Assembly (NCBI RefSeq): GCF_009914755.1
Contig: NC_060945.1
Source of the DNA: the human T2T-CHM13v2.0 reference genome, Homo sapiens
Length of the DNA stretch: 64,000 bases
Direction: 5' to 3' (one strand)
The position numbers and the translations under genes are program-made. A model generated the notes under the pieces. That model was not told the DNA's origin. It saw nothing but the letters and a program-made list of their open reading frames with translations, and made no database searches. Numbering within the stretch: the stretch's first letter is position 1; the number at the start of each line of letters is the position of its first letter. Below are positions 1 to 14,982 of the stretch, piece after piece.

Positions 1-1512
1 ACTTGGTTCGTTTGGGGCACTGAAGGTACTGGGGGAGGCGCTACTTTTAGAGCGCTCAAATATGCCACGATTTCATTTCATTTTGCTTTCTCCAGGCCTG
101 TGACATACTAAGGCAGTTTTTACTTAGGCATCGATATCATTTTCAATTTGGATCATTTCAAAAGAAAGAGAAGGACTTCTATGTGTGTGTGTTATATGTT
201 TTTTGGCTTTTCTTAGTCAAGTATTTCCGAGGATATTCTACCATTCCTTCTTTTTAATTTCCTGTTTTTGTTTGTTTATCAAATGCACCAGACAATTTAT
301 CTTTCCCAGAAGTTTTAATTTTTGTTCCTATCTACATAGGAAAGAGCTGGGAAACAGAGTTTTTTTTTTTCATATTTAGATTGACATTAAAGGTATGGCA
401 GGTTCTGTTTGGGGAGCAATTTTATGATAAATAAAACTAAATTGTGCTCCTAGAAGTTCATAGTGCTGATCAAATGACACTTATATGTTGGTCTTTCTTT
501 AAAAATTTGTTACAGAAAATAATAAAAATTCTAATAAAATTAATTCTACTTCTAATTAAAGTCTAGAAATAAATCCACTATGATTATTTTGTCAGCTTTA
601 GCTGAGGAATAACAAAATGAAATAGGATAATTAGCTGGAGCATGGATTTTCTGAAATAGAGGACAGTAAACTACAGTTTTGGAGAGAAATATCTAAATCT
701 GAAGCACAAAAAGAAGCAACAAAGTTGTTGGAAGTTCTGTTCTAAGCAACTATGAATTTTTTTGTAGTTGCTCTGCTGATTTCTAGGGTATTTCTCTATA
801 GCTAATACTTGGAAAGATACTTCCTCATTGATATGTGTTTCCTAAAGGCATCATTGGAAGTTGCTTCCTATTTGTCTGATGGGTTCAGGTTGGTATGTTG
901 AATCCAGTGATGCTGGAATTCAGGGGCCTAAAGTTCAAGGCAGACTTTAGGTCCCCAAGATTAGAAATGGATTATCTGTTTGTGTAGTCTGGAATTTCAT
1001 ATTTCAAGTTGTATTTGAAAATTCATTCCTCTGTTGCATTATATGACTTTTGGCTCTTGGATCATTCAAAACTCTGTCATCGTCTTGGTCCTTTGTGTCA
1101 ATTTGTTTGGTTATAGGTTTTCACAAAACATGGAGTAGCTATGCTGCACAATTGAGATTTTTCATTTATTCTACATCTTTCCTCAGCCAGCACATGATTA
1201 TGTGATTGGTTCAATAGTAGGTCCTCACCAAGACTCTTCACATTTTATGTTGCCTCCACTAGTGTCATATCAGTGTGGCTTTAGTATCAGCCAAATTCAG
1301 ATCCAGGATTTTGTTGCTGAAAACTTAAATTTAGAATCACATGGTGTATATTTAAAGGAACTCTTAGATTCTCCTTTTAAGGAAAGATGTCTGAAAATTT
1401 TAAACATAGGTGTCTGTCATTGTTATGGTTTGGAATTTATACTATGGCTGAAAATATCATTAAATATTGGATGGGTATGATAGCAGTATTGTCACATCTT
1501 TAGCTCTTTTTT

Positions 1513-1577
1513 GGTTATATATATATTTATATAGGTTATATATATATATTTATATAGGTTATATATATGTGTGTGTA
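1513..1577. repeat. (TA)n/(TG)n low-complexity tract with ~21-23 bp unit ggttatatatatatttatata repeated
   Basis: Directly visible tandem copies. Confidence 0.85.
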
Positions 1578-1609
1578 TTTTTGGGGACATCTTGAGTTCT
1601 GGGACAGCC

Positions 1610-1848
1610 TGCTTTGGTGAAAAGAGCCCCAATTTTGGTGTCAGACTGAGTGTGAGTGTAGGCTACATTCAGTTCTATCCCTGCTATTTTCCAACGGTAG
1701 ACACTTTAGTTAAACTTATTTTCTCTGAGCTTCAGTTTCTCAACTAAAAATGGGGGTGCTACATTGTCAGGCTGCTAAAAGTTTCCAATGAGGAAATGCT
1801 AGGAAAACCATCATAGTATTTAGTAGAGTGGAATCGTAATAAATACCA
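1610..1848 (+). mobile_element. MIR SINE fragment
   Basis: Core ttctctgagcttcagtttctcaactaaaaatgggg resembles the MIR core ctctgtgcctcagtttcctcatctgtaaaatgggg. Confidence 0.7.
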
Positions 1849-2594
1849 GCTGCCTCTCTTCTCTCTGCCTTATTCCAAATTATGTACACCAGGATGATTT
1901 TTAATGCAAATGAATACCAAATTTTAGCTATCATCCAATTCTTCCACGATCATTCAATCCCTGTTTAGTTCATAGAATCATAACAGCTTGGACTTGAAAG
2001 TGACTTAAATAGCATCTAGTGTAATCTTTCACCTAAAAGGCATGGAGTCTTCCAGATTATGGTTGAATATTTCCCATACTGAGAACTCTACTTCACAAAG
2101 CAACCCACTATAATTTTTAAACTTGATCTTCAATAATAGCTTAAAATCAATTCCTGTAATTATCAAAACCTTTTGCATATCTAAAACCATCTATATTACC
2201 ATGCTTTAAATATTCACATGTGAAGACTTCCCACTATCTTCTGTTGTGTCTCATGTGATAAATTTTTCAGATCCTTCACCACTCTACTAATTTTCACTTT
2301 TAAAGTAGTGTGTTTTAAAATAAGTTGGACATTTTTCCCTGTAAAATACTATTGTTTCTTGCTTTCCTAATTCTAATAAAGGCATTCACCTTCTCCTGGC
2401 CACACAAGAAAGTACAGTTAGAATGTACCCACGCCAATGTTTCTTCTATACATCTTTTGAAATAAAAGTCCCTAACTTGGATATAATATTATACTTTATA
2501 TCAATAAGGTGAACAGAAAAGAACTTGGAAAGCACCCCCATTCATGCTTTCACAAGTGGATATTATGTACTAGCATTTTAGAAGGCACATTAAA

Positions 2595-2910
2595 ATAGTC
2601 AAGAATTTATTTCAGCATTCAGCAGTTCGTGAATCCAGCAGCTCCAGACCACAAACTGCTCAGGGCTCTGACAAAGGGGTTGGGGAAGACTTTTACAGGG
2701 TGAATGTAGAAGCAAGGCAAATAAAATATTTGATTTGTTAAAGTACAGCAGTAGCCTTATTTGGATCATTCCAGTGGGAATCCCTAGTCAGAGGTATGAT
2801 TGACTTAAAATATGACCATTTACACTGAGTGGGGTTTTGACTTGCTTACATAGGAATCAAGGGCGCTGGAGCCACCTCACCCCGCTGGCCTCCCAGTTAA
2901 TTTTTTAACA
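2595..2910. mobile_element. Old LTR fragment, family uncertain
   Basis: GC-richer block ending ggcctcccagttaattttttaaca, an LTR-like terminus. Confidence 0.35.
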
Positions 2911-3006
2911 AGAGAAAACAAAATGAAAAGATATTACTTTTGCTAAAGAACAAAATGTCTATTTGGGAAATGAAGAAAAATAACACAGTATTATCTTCTC
3001 TAATAT

Positions 3007-3300
3007 AGTGCTTCTCAAACTACTTGTGGTGAAGGAAAGTTTAAAAAGAAATTTTAATATCTGTACAGACTAATACTTTTGGGAAATACAAAAAAAAACG
3101 AATTACTAGAAAAAGTTATGTTTAAGATACAAATCTCTATTTGTTGTTTTAATCCACAAATTATTACTTTTTTATTATTTTAAGTTTAGAATCTTGAAAA
3201 AGCTTCTAAATTCTTAATTTGTATACTTACTTTGTCCCAGATAGGTAATGAATAGTTTGCTGAGAGGCACCACTCTCAGTCCACACTCAGGGTAACACTG
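3007..3300. mobile_element. hAT-Charlie-type MITE (MER)
   Basis: Starts tagtgcttctcaaact and ends ggtaacactg, resembling degenerate CAGTG...CACTG Charlie termini. Confidence 0.5.
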
Positions 3301-3339
3301 TATTAGTGCACATAAAAATAAGGTACAACTGAATCAAAA

Positions 3340-3545
3340 AAAAGGATCTTGTAGATGCTAGAGATACAACAGTGAACAGACCAAAGGTCCCAGAGTAGAG
3401 AATGACAGATACTAAACAAAGTAAAATACATAGCTATAGAATTTATAACCATGCAATGGTTATAAATTCCATAGAAGAAAAAATAAAGCAGGCAAAAAGG
3501 ATAGGAATAACATATCGAGGGTTGCAAGAAAAATTTAAGGCTATT
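3340..3545 (-). mobile_element. L2 fragment
   Basis: gatgctagagatacaacagtgaacagaccaaaggtccc resembles the antisense L2 3' region. Confidence 0.5.
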
Positions 3546-3739
3546 TCTTTTGATTCATGGTATAAGTTTTTTTTTTTTTCTACAAGCGAACGTCTAATCA
3601 CTTATCTGTGATGGTGATTACATGAGGTTAGCTCTTGTAATCAACTATTTTGTAAATGATAAAATTAGGTTTTCTGAGGAGAAAATAGCCTTTTATTCAC
3701 AAGGGTAATTTTTATTTTTAATATGTTAATTTTAATATT

Positions 3740-4200
3740 TTAAAATAGATTAATATGTTTCTGATTTTGGCTACTATTTGTTTTAAGATATTTTACCTAT
3801 GGTCATAAATGAAATTGGGCTATAAATTTTTTATTGTGTTCTTCTTATTGGTTTTACTATAAAAGCTGTATTACCCTTGTAAAGAAAATTGGATGGCATT
3901 CCATCTTTTTAAAAAAATCTGTGAGGCGGTTTATGAAAAATAGAGTTTGTATGTATTCTTTGAAGAGAATGATGAAATCTACCTATAAAGTTGGGTAAAT
4001 TGATGAGTGTTATCATTCAGTTCGCTATTTCTCTCTTTAATTGGTATCAAATCTATAATACTTTCTATCTACTGAGGCTTCTATTTTAATGTCTGTATTA
4101 TTAGTTTCCAATATGTCTAATTTTAAAAATCAGCCTATTTTTATTCATATCTGCTATTATAAGCTCTTTTAAAAATGGATATTATTAAGCATACTTATTT
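3740..4200 (-). mobile_element. Ancient L1M fragment
   Basis: T-rich antisense ORF2-like text (gaaattgggctataaattttt...ggcattccatctttt). Confidence 0.45.
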
Positions 4201-7200
4201 TTAGTCTTTGTTAGGTTGTTACATCAAATAAATTCAAAGTAAATTAAAGTGACAATTTTGGGGCTGTTGCTTGTCTTTTCTATCTATACTAGGTCACTTG
4301 TTTAGGTACTTAGGTTTACAAGCTTATTCTGAGTGAAAAGGCAAGTTAGAAGACTTTCCTCCCCTCCTTACTCACTGTCGGCATTTTTGCAGTTGCCTAG
4401 ACCAGACCCTCCCCACATTTGAGTTGAAGCCACTTCATCCCAATTGCAGAAGCTGTTGGGTTGCCTGGTTCAATTTCTGACTAAAATTTATCTGTATTTA
4501 AGCCCCTGTCCTTTTATAAAGCTAACTCCCCAAATAGCTTCAGCTGTGAGTATTTTGTTTTGCTTATTTCTCTTGTTCAACCTCTCACTCAACAAGGGAG
4601 CTCTACCTCAACCTCTGGTTTCAAGCAAACAGCATGAATGTCTCTGGTCCCCCAACTCATGTGGAAGATACTTTGTTTCCTCCTTTTACCACAGGAGGCT
4701 GAAGTTTTGGCCACCTGTGTTCACTGTGGGCTTAGCCCTGCAGCTCCACTTGCCGATTTGCATTTCTCTGCTGATTTTCAGTCATTGAGTTTTCATTCTG
4801 TTCTTAAGCCTGGATTTGTCTTTTGGATTTTTTTATTCTTATACTTTATTTACATTGCCATGTGTTTGAAGTGGAAATAATATTTTAAATTATGAATGCT
4901 GTACCATCTTGACTGGAATTCTCCTTTTGTACAAATGAAATCTATAAATGTTTTCTTAAAAAGGACTGTTTAATTGGGATCTCCTAAAGTATAGCTTCTT
5001 TAAGTAAAAAAATTGTATATTTAACCGGATGGTAAGTGGGACTTTGCCTGGTGAACCAGAATTTTTAGTAAGCCTCCAAATCTGAAAACAATGTTATGGG
5101 TGCCCACACATTCTAAAGACATTACTAGATCCTCAGATTGGACACCAGAGAAAGAAACCTGGCTGTTTCATCTTGTTTGTTTTAGAGTTAAAAATATATA
5201 ATTTATTTTCAAAGTAATTATAAGAAAACCAATGATCACTTCTCAACTATTACAAAAAATTATGACAGGGTTTCAGAAAAGGTGTTTTTTTTTTTTTAAT
5301 TGAGATAGTGTGTGACATTTTAGAGTTAGATTTTAAATGGATACGAACAGAATGTAGGAATCAACAGGAAAATGTAAGCAGCTGCACCAAACATAATCTC
5401 TATTTCTTTTGAAGTCATTGCCCACAAGAACTCACAAAAACTACCCCATGAGAAGTGGCACCAACACGGGTTACAACTGCACTAATTAAATAAGATTCTC
5501 TCTATGCCTTAAGTTCTCCATCTCTCTGCTGTAACCATGACCCAGCATAATGAGTAGGGAGAAGGAACTCAAGCTGTGAATTGTGGGAAGATGTGACTAT
5601 GCACACCTTTCCCTCTTTCTCTGTTACTGCAGTTCCTAAGCCCGTCAAGCCCAGCAGAAGAGATAAAGGTATTAGACTGGTCTGTAAATTTCAATGCCTA
5701 AAAATATCCACCAAGCTGTAGATCTTCCCAAGATATTTTTCAGGAACGAAGCATGTAAACTTACATGAGTGAAAGACAGTGGTAAAAAAAAAAAAAAACA
5801 GTCTATTTTGGGCTTTGGCTCCTACCTAAATCTAGCTTGTTCAATAAACCTGTTCATTAAGTTTTATGTTAAACCATATTCGTGCATTTTTCCTTGCCAT
5901 TATACTTAATAATGCAACTTTAAAAATCTTAAAATAAATGAATACTTGATTTGAAATGTTCATGTGTGTACAGACTTTTTGATTGAAGCAAAAAATATTT
6001 AATGAAATCAAACCTTCCAGACTTTAAATTGCAACCCAATTCACATGAATACAAATGAGCTTAAAAATAATATTGCATATGTATAAAAAATCAAATAAGG
6101 GAAATATAAATCAACAGCTATGCTTGTATCGGTTTAATTTTAAGGCATGATACAAGAATTACTCTGCTGCGGCTCATTAACACACTACTAAAAAGCAAAT
6201 CATATCTTTTCTCCATTTTATGTAACATTTTATTTTGCCTGATTATGTGTTCTCATAAAATAGGCCTTCATGACTTATATAAATGTGGAAAGAAGTTATT
6301 TCTGAGAAATGTTATTGGCAATAAGGAATTGGCTTAGGTAAACTATTTTAGAATTGGTAAGAGCCTATATGGAGATCAAATGTATTACCATGTAAATTCA
6401 TATACCATATACATTTCATTTCATAGCTTTGCTGTTATTGTTGTTTCTTATGTATATAGCCCAATACATATTTTACTCACATTCTCCAGTTGTCTGATAT
6501 CTTCGTCAGATTTTTTTCTCGGGTCTGTCTTTAAGATTTAGATAAATTGAATGTTATTAGCGGTACTCGTTCAATTAGAATGTTTTTATGAAACCCATAA
6601 AACATTACACTGCTAGAGTAAATGATTCAGCATATGATTCAAACCAAACTAAATTTCCCTTCAACCCAAAATAATCTCTAAGTCATAGTGGTCTATACAG
6701 AATTTAGTCATATTTTGATATTTATAAATATTAATCATAAATATAATATTTAGAGTTAGTACTGAAATCATATTTAGTAATGATAAGAATCTACTTGCTT
6801 ATTTTGAGATTAATCACTGTAGCTCCTATTGTCAAATATCTACCGACATAAATAAAAATAAACATGAGTTTGAACATGTTAAATGCACAAAGATCATCTG
6901 AAAGTACCAGGTTGAGTAAGAAATGATTAAAGACATGAATGAATATTTATATTTTATAGAACTTTAATTTCATAATAAGAAGAAAGAACTAGGTATAGTT
7001 GTATTATTTGGCCTTTATAATGAATAGTTTTTCTTAATATCATTTACATGTAATATGAAGATATTCTGGGATGTTGAACAGTCTTCCAGATAGGTAAAAG
7101 GAAGGGATTCAAAAGAAAATTTGAATACATATTTCATATTTATCTTTTTGTGAGCTTCGTAATAAACCACACAAAGCTTTCATCTGGAATACTTATTACT

Positions 7201-7589
7201 AAAACTTGCACTGTAGCTGTAGATTGACATTAACAGGGAAAAATAAATATAACCCATTTCCCAAGACACTAAAATATGCTAAATGAAGTAAAAAATGTAA
7301 AGTAATTTTGAAAACTTAAATTGATATTGAAATGTGAGTTAGTTTTATCTTAGTCAACATCATTGTTATTGAAGAAAGGCAGATTTTATTCACCGGAATT
7401 ATTTATTTTAGTTTAGATTAAAAGCTGCTTTCTGACATATGAGTTGACTCCTGTATCTACTTTTCTGAGATACTATTGGCTGAAACATGTTGATTAAATT
7501 TTGTAGTAACTTAATTACAAGATTCAGAGATAGTAAAGCTTTAATGTAGGTTATAATTTTATAATATGAACTGACATTTCTCTAGTGCT

Positions 7590-7750
7590 CTGCAGTTTTC
7601 AAAATGCTTTCATAAGCATTATCTCTTTCCATTTCTACAACAATTTTGCAGTAGGAAATAATAGTATCCCTCTTTTAGAGATGGAAAAGTTAAAGTTTCA
7701 GAGAGAATAAATCACTTAGCTACTAGATGGCTGAATCAGAACTCAAGCAT
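7590..7750 (-). mobile_element. MIR fragment
   Basis: ccctcttttagagatggaaaagttaaagtttcagagag matches the antisense MIR core. Confidence 0.65.
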
Positions 7751-7759
7751 GTGAAGAGA

Positions 7760-8030
7760 GGTAGTATATAGCATATCTTAAGAATCTTCGTATCAAGATT
7801 AACAGCCTTGGAGACAAAAGGTCTTTGTTTAAATTCATACTTTACCCTTTGGTTGTTGTGCGCTCTTGGGCAACTGAGAAATCTGATTGGGTCTCAGTTT
7901 TTTAATCTGTTTAATGGGATAGCAAAGTTCATTATTGGGTATTGTGATAAGTAAATGAGTTGACACCTAGAACGTACTTAGACTGTACCTTGTATATTTT
8001 TAGTGGATGCCCAGTAAAAATCCATTGATT
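7760..8030 (+). mobile_element. MIR fragment, head-to-head with the preceding MIR
   Basis: cttgggcaactg...tctcagttttttaatctgtttaatgggat...aaatgagttgacacc MIR core and tail. Confidence 0.65.
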
Positions 8031-10450
8031 GTTGTTGATTAGTACCAATTCAAACGTGAAGTTGCAGATTGCAGTTATTTGATGTTTTGGTCTGAATTGT
8101 TGTCTTTAGTGAGAGACATCTAACTTAAAATAGCTTAAGAAAAAAAAAAGGGTGACTTATTAGACCACTGAGTTGGGAAAAGTTGCTATACTTTCATACA
8201 TTCAAAGGAAAACCTGAATCTTGGATTAAATGGCACTGAAGACTCAGTTCTTCCCCAATCTATATCTCTGTTCATTTCTTCTTTCTGCTGTCTCTGCTTC
8301 TTCATGGCCTAGCCTCGTTATCTTCTACCATAGATAGGCTTTGTCCAGAGTGTTCATTTTTCCATCCCAGGGAAGGGCTCTGATTGGCTATGCTTAAAAT
8401 TTGCACTGGCTCTTTATTTCCAAAAGTATTGTTAGAGAAAATGGGGATATGGATGTCATATGGATATCTCTGTGTCTAAGGGATTGGTATGTTACCAGAA
8501 GCAATTGAAACAACATGGCTTTTGGAGAAAAACTGAAAAACCAGAAACAAGATGATAATGAAAAAGATACAAAGTAGTATATTCTATCTGACTTTCTGCA
8601 AATCAGAAAGAAAAACTGTTAAAAACTAAGAAAACTTGGTTTTGAACTGAGTTTTGAGATCAGTTTTAAGAATTAAGTCTTAAAACTAAGAACACTTAGT
8701 TTGGAAAACCTTTGAATATAAAGCTGCCCTATAAGGTTTTCAGAGGATTAGTGTTCCCTCATGCCACCATCAGGCTAGCACCAGGCAGAGGTATCTAGTG
8801 TTGCCTGACAGTGATGTGCAGGGGAGAATATTGCTACAACAACAGACAGAAAGGATGGTGATGGTCTGATTTCAAAAACAGATCAGTGTAACTATGTAGC
8901 TACTTAGTCAATAGCAAATTTCCTAGACATTCTTATGTTTTGCTAAGATGGCAGTAGAAGCTTGACTCTGACAGTTGCTCCAAATGAAGTAATAAACCTA
9001 ACATTCTAGTTACCTTGTCATTCATCTGTCTTCAAGGTGGAATACATATATCACCTTTGAGTGAGCATTCATATTGTTAAAATATTGAAATGTCATCCAA
9101 TGCCATAATTTTCAAAGCATGAAATTTAAATAAAATCCTTTGCCCAACCTCTCAAATACCTCTGTGGTCTCTGGATGACACTGTGCAAACCACAAACCTA
9201 TAGAAATTTCAGGGGAGGTTGAATTAAAGAACTATCGAATTAAAGGGTTGATTTGCAGTAATTAACATTTCACTTTCTGAAAACCCCATATATTTAACAA
9301 CACTATTATAATAAGTTAACATGTGCTTCAGCTTCTTTCTCACTCTACAACTGGTTTAATGCTTAAACATTTCTTCTCTATACTTGGTATGATTTCCTCC
9401 TTTTCTTGCATTATATAAGTTCTGCACTTGTTTTCAATGTCCAAACTTGAACTCATCACCTGTCCCCAAAACCTGTCTTCCTTTTATTATGTCTAGCTCA
9501 GTAGTTGCGCAAATTTGAAGCCTGGATAACACCCTTGAACTTTTTCTCAACCCATGAATTCATCTTTAGTCAGTCAGTTGACTCTAATTCTTAAATAGCT
9601 CTTAATTCTATCTATTTATGTCTAACATGATGCCTCCATTGCACTTTTAGCATTAAGTTTAATTTCTTGACTTGAACTTCTAGGTCTTTTGTAATTGGTT
9701 CTTGTTCTGAATCTGAAGTCCTTCAAGATGCAATTCAAATAGTGTTAAAATATTGCATAGGTTGTTTACATAATTTCACAGAAACTTCTGACAAAGAATA
9801 TCCTCAACATCATGCAGGTAGAAGCATCATAAAATACCACTATATGATTAATCTATAAGGGTTCATGAAAAAATTTAGTTAAAATATGCCTATTTTCACA
9901 TACTTAGATAAATTCATTAATTAATTTTTATGTCACTATCTTGCCTGGTATAAAGTAGGAATTTGGTTTCCCCCCAAAAGAATAAGATAATGAATATAAT
10001 ATATAGCTGTAAAATGAATATACAATTGGGACCTGGTTAGTGTTACTTCTTTTTATGGTCATCCCCACTTACTATAGCTGACAAACACTGGCACTTGCTT
10101 CTGTTTCTTTTCACAGTTAATATTCATTACTGCTTTGTAATATAGGACTTTCCAATAAAACGTTTTCAAATAGAAACTATCCTGGAATGCTCATATGTTT
10201 TTTGTTTTCTTTTCATATATACAAGAGCCAACAAGTGCAGTCATTGTAGATACTTTTGATCATTGCAGATGGTCAAAATGATTTTTCAATAATTTAGAAT
10301 AATCTATTCATTTCCTGAATTAGGGAGGCTAGTAATATCAGCTATGTTTATTAAGCGCTGGAGTCAGTTCTATTTTCTTGTAAAGTTTAGGTATAATGAT
10401 CATTAAGAATCACCATATTCTCCTGAATTTCCCCCAGTCTTTATATAGAC

Positions 10451-10761
10451 TTTTATTTTATTATTATATGTATTTATTTTGAGACAGTGTCTTGCTCTGT
10501 CATCCAGACTGGAGTGCAGTGATGCAATCACAATCCACAGCAGCCTTGACCTCCATGGCTCAAGTGATCCCCCTACTTTAGCCTGCTGAGTAGCTGGGAA
10601 TACAGGTGCACACCACCATATCCAGCTAATTTTTAATTATTTTGTAGAGATAGGGTCTCACTATCTTGCTCAGGCTGATCTCAAATTCCTGGGCTCAAGT
10701 GATCTTCCTGCCTAGGCCTCCTAAAGTGCTGGGATTACAGGTGTTGGCCACCATGCCTGGC
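10451..10761 (-). mobile_element. AluJ
   Basis: Antisense Alu dimer with J-type cctgggctcaagtgatc and cagccttgacctcc. Confidence 0.9.
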
Positions 10762-11202
10762 TGAATGAATTTTTAACGTAAATGTATAAAACATGAATCT
10801 CCTCTGAACTTTCAACTGTTGATTCCCTGGAAAATGAAGGTTGTTGATTAAATGCGGTAGTAACATATGTATGAATAAAACATACTGTATCTGTTGGTGC
10901 TATATAGGACCTTGAGAGCACAAGATTTTTCCTAACTATTCATTCTTCACTTTTTTAGCTTTGTTGCTTAATATCTATTAGTACTTATTTGATATTTTAA
11001 AGCTTAAGGGGACTGAGAAATGTATTGTTAAAAATAATTTAAATTAAATGTAACAAAAGATATTTTATTATTTCTGATCTTATGCAACAGATTTTATTGG
11101 AGGTGGAATGAAGTTTGTTGGTAACCAATAAGATCTATTTCAAAATGTATAGTATGAAATATTTTAAAGAAAAAAGAAGGAAAACCAGAAAAGAAAAATT
11201 AA

Positions 11203-11533
<331 letters not shown>

Positions 11534-11777
11534 TATCGTGGGTATTGTTATTAGTGGAACTTTCCTTTCTTCAAAGTATATTGCAATAACTACTAATTTT
11601 CTCCATGTATCTAGCAAAGATAACCCCAATAAAAGGTATTAAATTATAAAGTAAAACCTAGCTATTGGAAAGAATTTAAAAATAGAAAATTAAAGCTACC
11701 CATAATTGTATTACCTAGGAATAAACAAGATTGGATTCCATTCATTCTAGCCCTTTAAAAGTAAATATGTGCATGTT

Positions 11778-12290
11778 GTCTTAGTTTGGGCTGCTATAAA
11801 AAATTAACATACACTGGATGGATTATACAACAGAGTTGTATTTCTCAAAGTTCTTGAGCCTGGGACATCTGATATCAAGGTGTCAGCGTGGCTAGGTTCT
11901 GGTGAGGGCCATCTCCTTGCTGTATACTCATGGCAGAGAACAGAGAAAGAAAAAGCAAGCTCTCTCTTGTCTTTTCATAAAAGCACTAATCCCACTCGTG
12001 AAGGTTTCACGGTCATGATGAAATTACCTTTAAAGGTCTCAAATCCTAATATTACATTGGGAATTAGCATTTCAAAATATGAATTTTTGTGGGACACAAG
12101 CCTTCAGTCCATAGCATTTTTTCATTGCCCACACCCCAAATTTATGTTCTCACATGCCAAAGGCATTCCTTCAATCTTTACAGCCCTGACGTGCCAGTGT
12201 TACCTCTAAAATTTAAAGTTCAGAGTATTTAAAAATCATCTAAATCAGATATGGCTGAGACTCAAGATACTATTCATCTAGAAGCAAGGA
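11778..12290 (-). mobile_element. MaLR LTR (MLT1A-like) plus adjoining internal fragment
   Basis: tgtcttagtttgggctgctata...ttcagtccatagca LTR followed by MLT-int-like sequence. Confidence 0.7.
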
Positions 12291-12924
12291 GGAAAAATTG
12301 GGGTATATATTAGCCTTTTGATCTTAACATAGTTACATGAATGTTGATCATTGTCCAATATTCTATTATAATGGCTATATAATTGAATATTTATTGCTCT
12401 ATCATTCTTTATTTTATAATTTTCCTATTGCTGAATATATTAAGTTTATTTAAGTTTTTACTATTATAAATAACACTTTGATGAACACATATGCATGTAA
12501 AGTCTATATTTATACTTCCTTAACATGGATTATTAATACCTGGAAGGAAAATTACTATTTCAGAGGTAAAGTTTTATCAATATCTTCACTTCTGGAAAAC
12601 ACCAGTGTATGTGGTGAGAAGGGATCAAATTGCTACCCTGGTATAATTAATATGATATATTTAGGTTTTCATTTTCATTTATATTTCTTATGTCACAAAA
12701 AACAGACCTTAATTATTATGTAGGTACTATACGAGTGAAATGCATGTGTTGTTGGTATAAAGAGATCTTGGAGCTAAGATAATTGGCTAGAAGTATTGTC
12801 TTCTTGATTGGAGCTTGCATGATTCATTTCAGATGGTTAAAGTGTTTATAACTGCTTTGAAAGTTTACATAAGAGATTAGCTTCATTTAATTTGTTCTAG
12901 AGTTTCTCAGAGTATCTTCACTAC

Positions 12925-12960
<36 letters not shown>

Positions 12961-12983
12961 ACAAGTTTCTGTTGTATCTCTAT

Positions 12984-13367
12984 TGATATGGTTTGGATCT
13001 GTGTCCCCAACCAAATCTCATCTTGAATTCTAATCCCCATATGTCCAGGCAGGGACCTGTAATCCCCATGTGTCGAGGGAGGGAAGTGATTGGATTATGG
13101 AGGCAGTTCCCCCCATGCTGTTCTCATGACAGTGAGTGAGTTTCATGAGATCTGATGGATTTAAAGGTGGCAGTTTTTCCTGTGCTTACACTTCACTTCT
13201 TTCGCCTGCTGCCATGTAAGACATGCCTGCTTCGCCTTCCGCCATGATTGTAAGTTTCCTGAGGCTTCCCCAGCCATGTGGAACTGTGAGTCAATTAAAC
13301 CTCTTTTCTTTATAAATTACCACGTCTGAGGCATTTCTTTATAGCAGTGCAAAAACGGACTAATACA
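12984..13367 (+). mobile_element. THE1D/MSTA-type MaLR solo LTR
   Basis: tgatatggtttgg...gactaataca termini; near-TSD tctat/tctac. Confidence 0.9.
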
Positions 13368-13420
13368 TCTACTAAATAGAACACTTATATAAATAAGTTC
13401 AATTAAAAATATAGTAATAG

Positions 13421-14119
13421 TGTTATAGGTAGATAGATAGGCTTGAATGGGGAAGGGGAGGGTTCTCCCCCCACCTTCACCCACTAGAAATGTCAAGGGA
13501 TGGTTCGGCAGTTATTACATTGCCTGTCTAAAAGTGATACATTGACAGCCAGTGCCAGGGATAGGCCATTTTCTGAGGGTCCACACCTGTTAACATTAAA
13601 GTGTCAGTTAAAGACAGGCCTCGGGGGAAGCAACTTGCTGGGCATGCATATTAAGAGACAGAAATGACGAAGTATGATCTTCCAGGTACCCTCCACTGGA
13701 AAAAGGAAGAAAGCCTTAGATGGGCATGCTAACAACTCCCTAAACACACTGCATGTGCTCAATTCCCAAGGGTAAGGAAGGCACTGTGCATGCGGGAAGC
13801 CCACCCTAAGGGAAGAATCATGGGAAAGAGGTGAGCCTATAAAGTCCCAGGATCAAGGTTAAAGCTTCTCCTTTGTTCTCCCTTTTACCTTCAGGCACCC
13901 ACTTGCATCTCTTCTGGGGGTTCTTTCCTTTCTTTCCTGTTCTAAGGCTTTTTAAATAAACTTCCATTTCTTCTCTGAAAGTTGCCTCTGTCTCTTTTCC
14001 TGCTTTATGCCCCTCAGTTGAATTATTTCTTCTGAGGAGGCAAGAATTGAAGTTGCTGCAGACACGTATGGATTCAACGTGGTAACCTTGGAGTAACTTG
14101 GATCTCTTCCACTGATAAA
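13421..14119 (+). mobile_element. MER50-family ERV1 solo LTR
   Basis: gcccaccctaagggaagaatca, TATA cctataaa, aataaa, gaggaggcaagaattgaagttgctgcagac typical of MER50. Confidence 0.8.
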
Positions 14120-14622
14120 AATAACATGGCTGGTAGCACATTTGTTTTTAAGGTTTAGAAGAGTTTTGATGATGTCACTTAATAAGAGGATAGAACTGAT
14201 CAATTTTGTACATAACAAGTCATAATGTTGAATAACTGTATTTGGAAAGAAGGCAAAAATCCAGAATTTCCACTTCCTGAATTGGTACTATTTGTCTTTC
14301 CATTTAAGGGTTGATTTGATCACAGATCAGGGATTCTTAATTGTTGGTCAAGAATGGTTAAACTCATCTGTTTTTTCTAGTGGGTGTCATGATTATTTAA
14401 CAAATAAATTAACTTGCCAATGATGTACATTTAAAAAAAAAAATACCTGGGTTCTGGGATTGGAAGAGTGATCCTGGTATGTTTGTGAAGACACAGGAGA
14501 GTGGTTATGGGTAGAGCAGAGGAAGCAAAAGGAGTACTAATAGAAGAGAAAATAAGAAAGGTAACAGGAGGAAGTTTTGTCAAGCCTACTGGCTTTAAGG
14601 AATGGACTTTTATTCTGAATGA

Positions 14623-14982
<360 letters not shown>

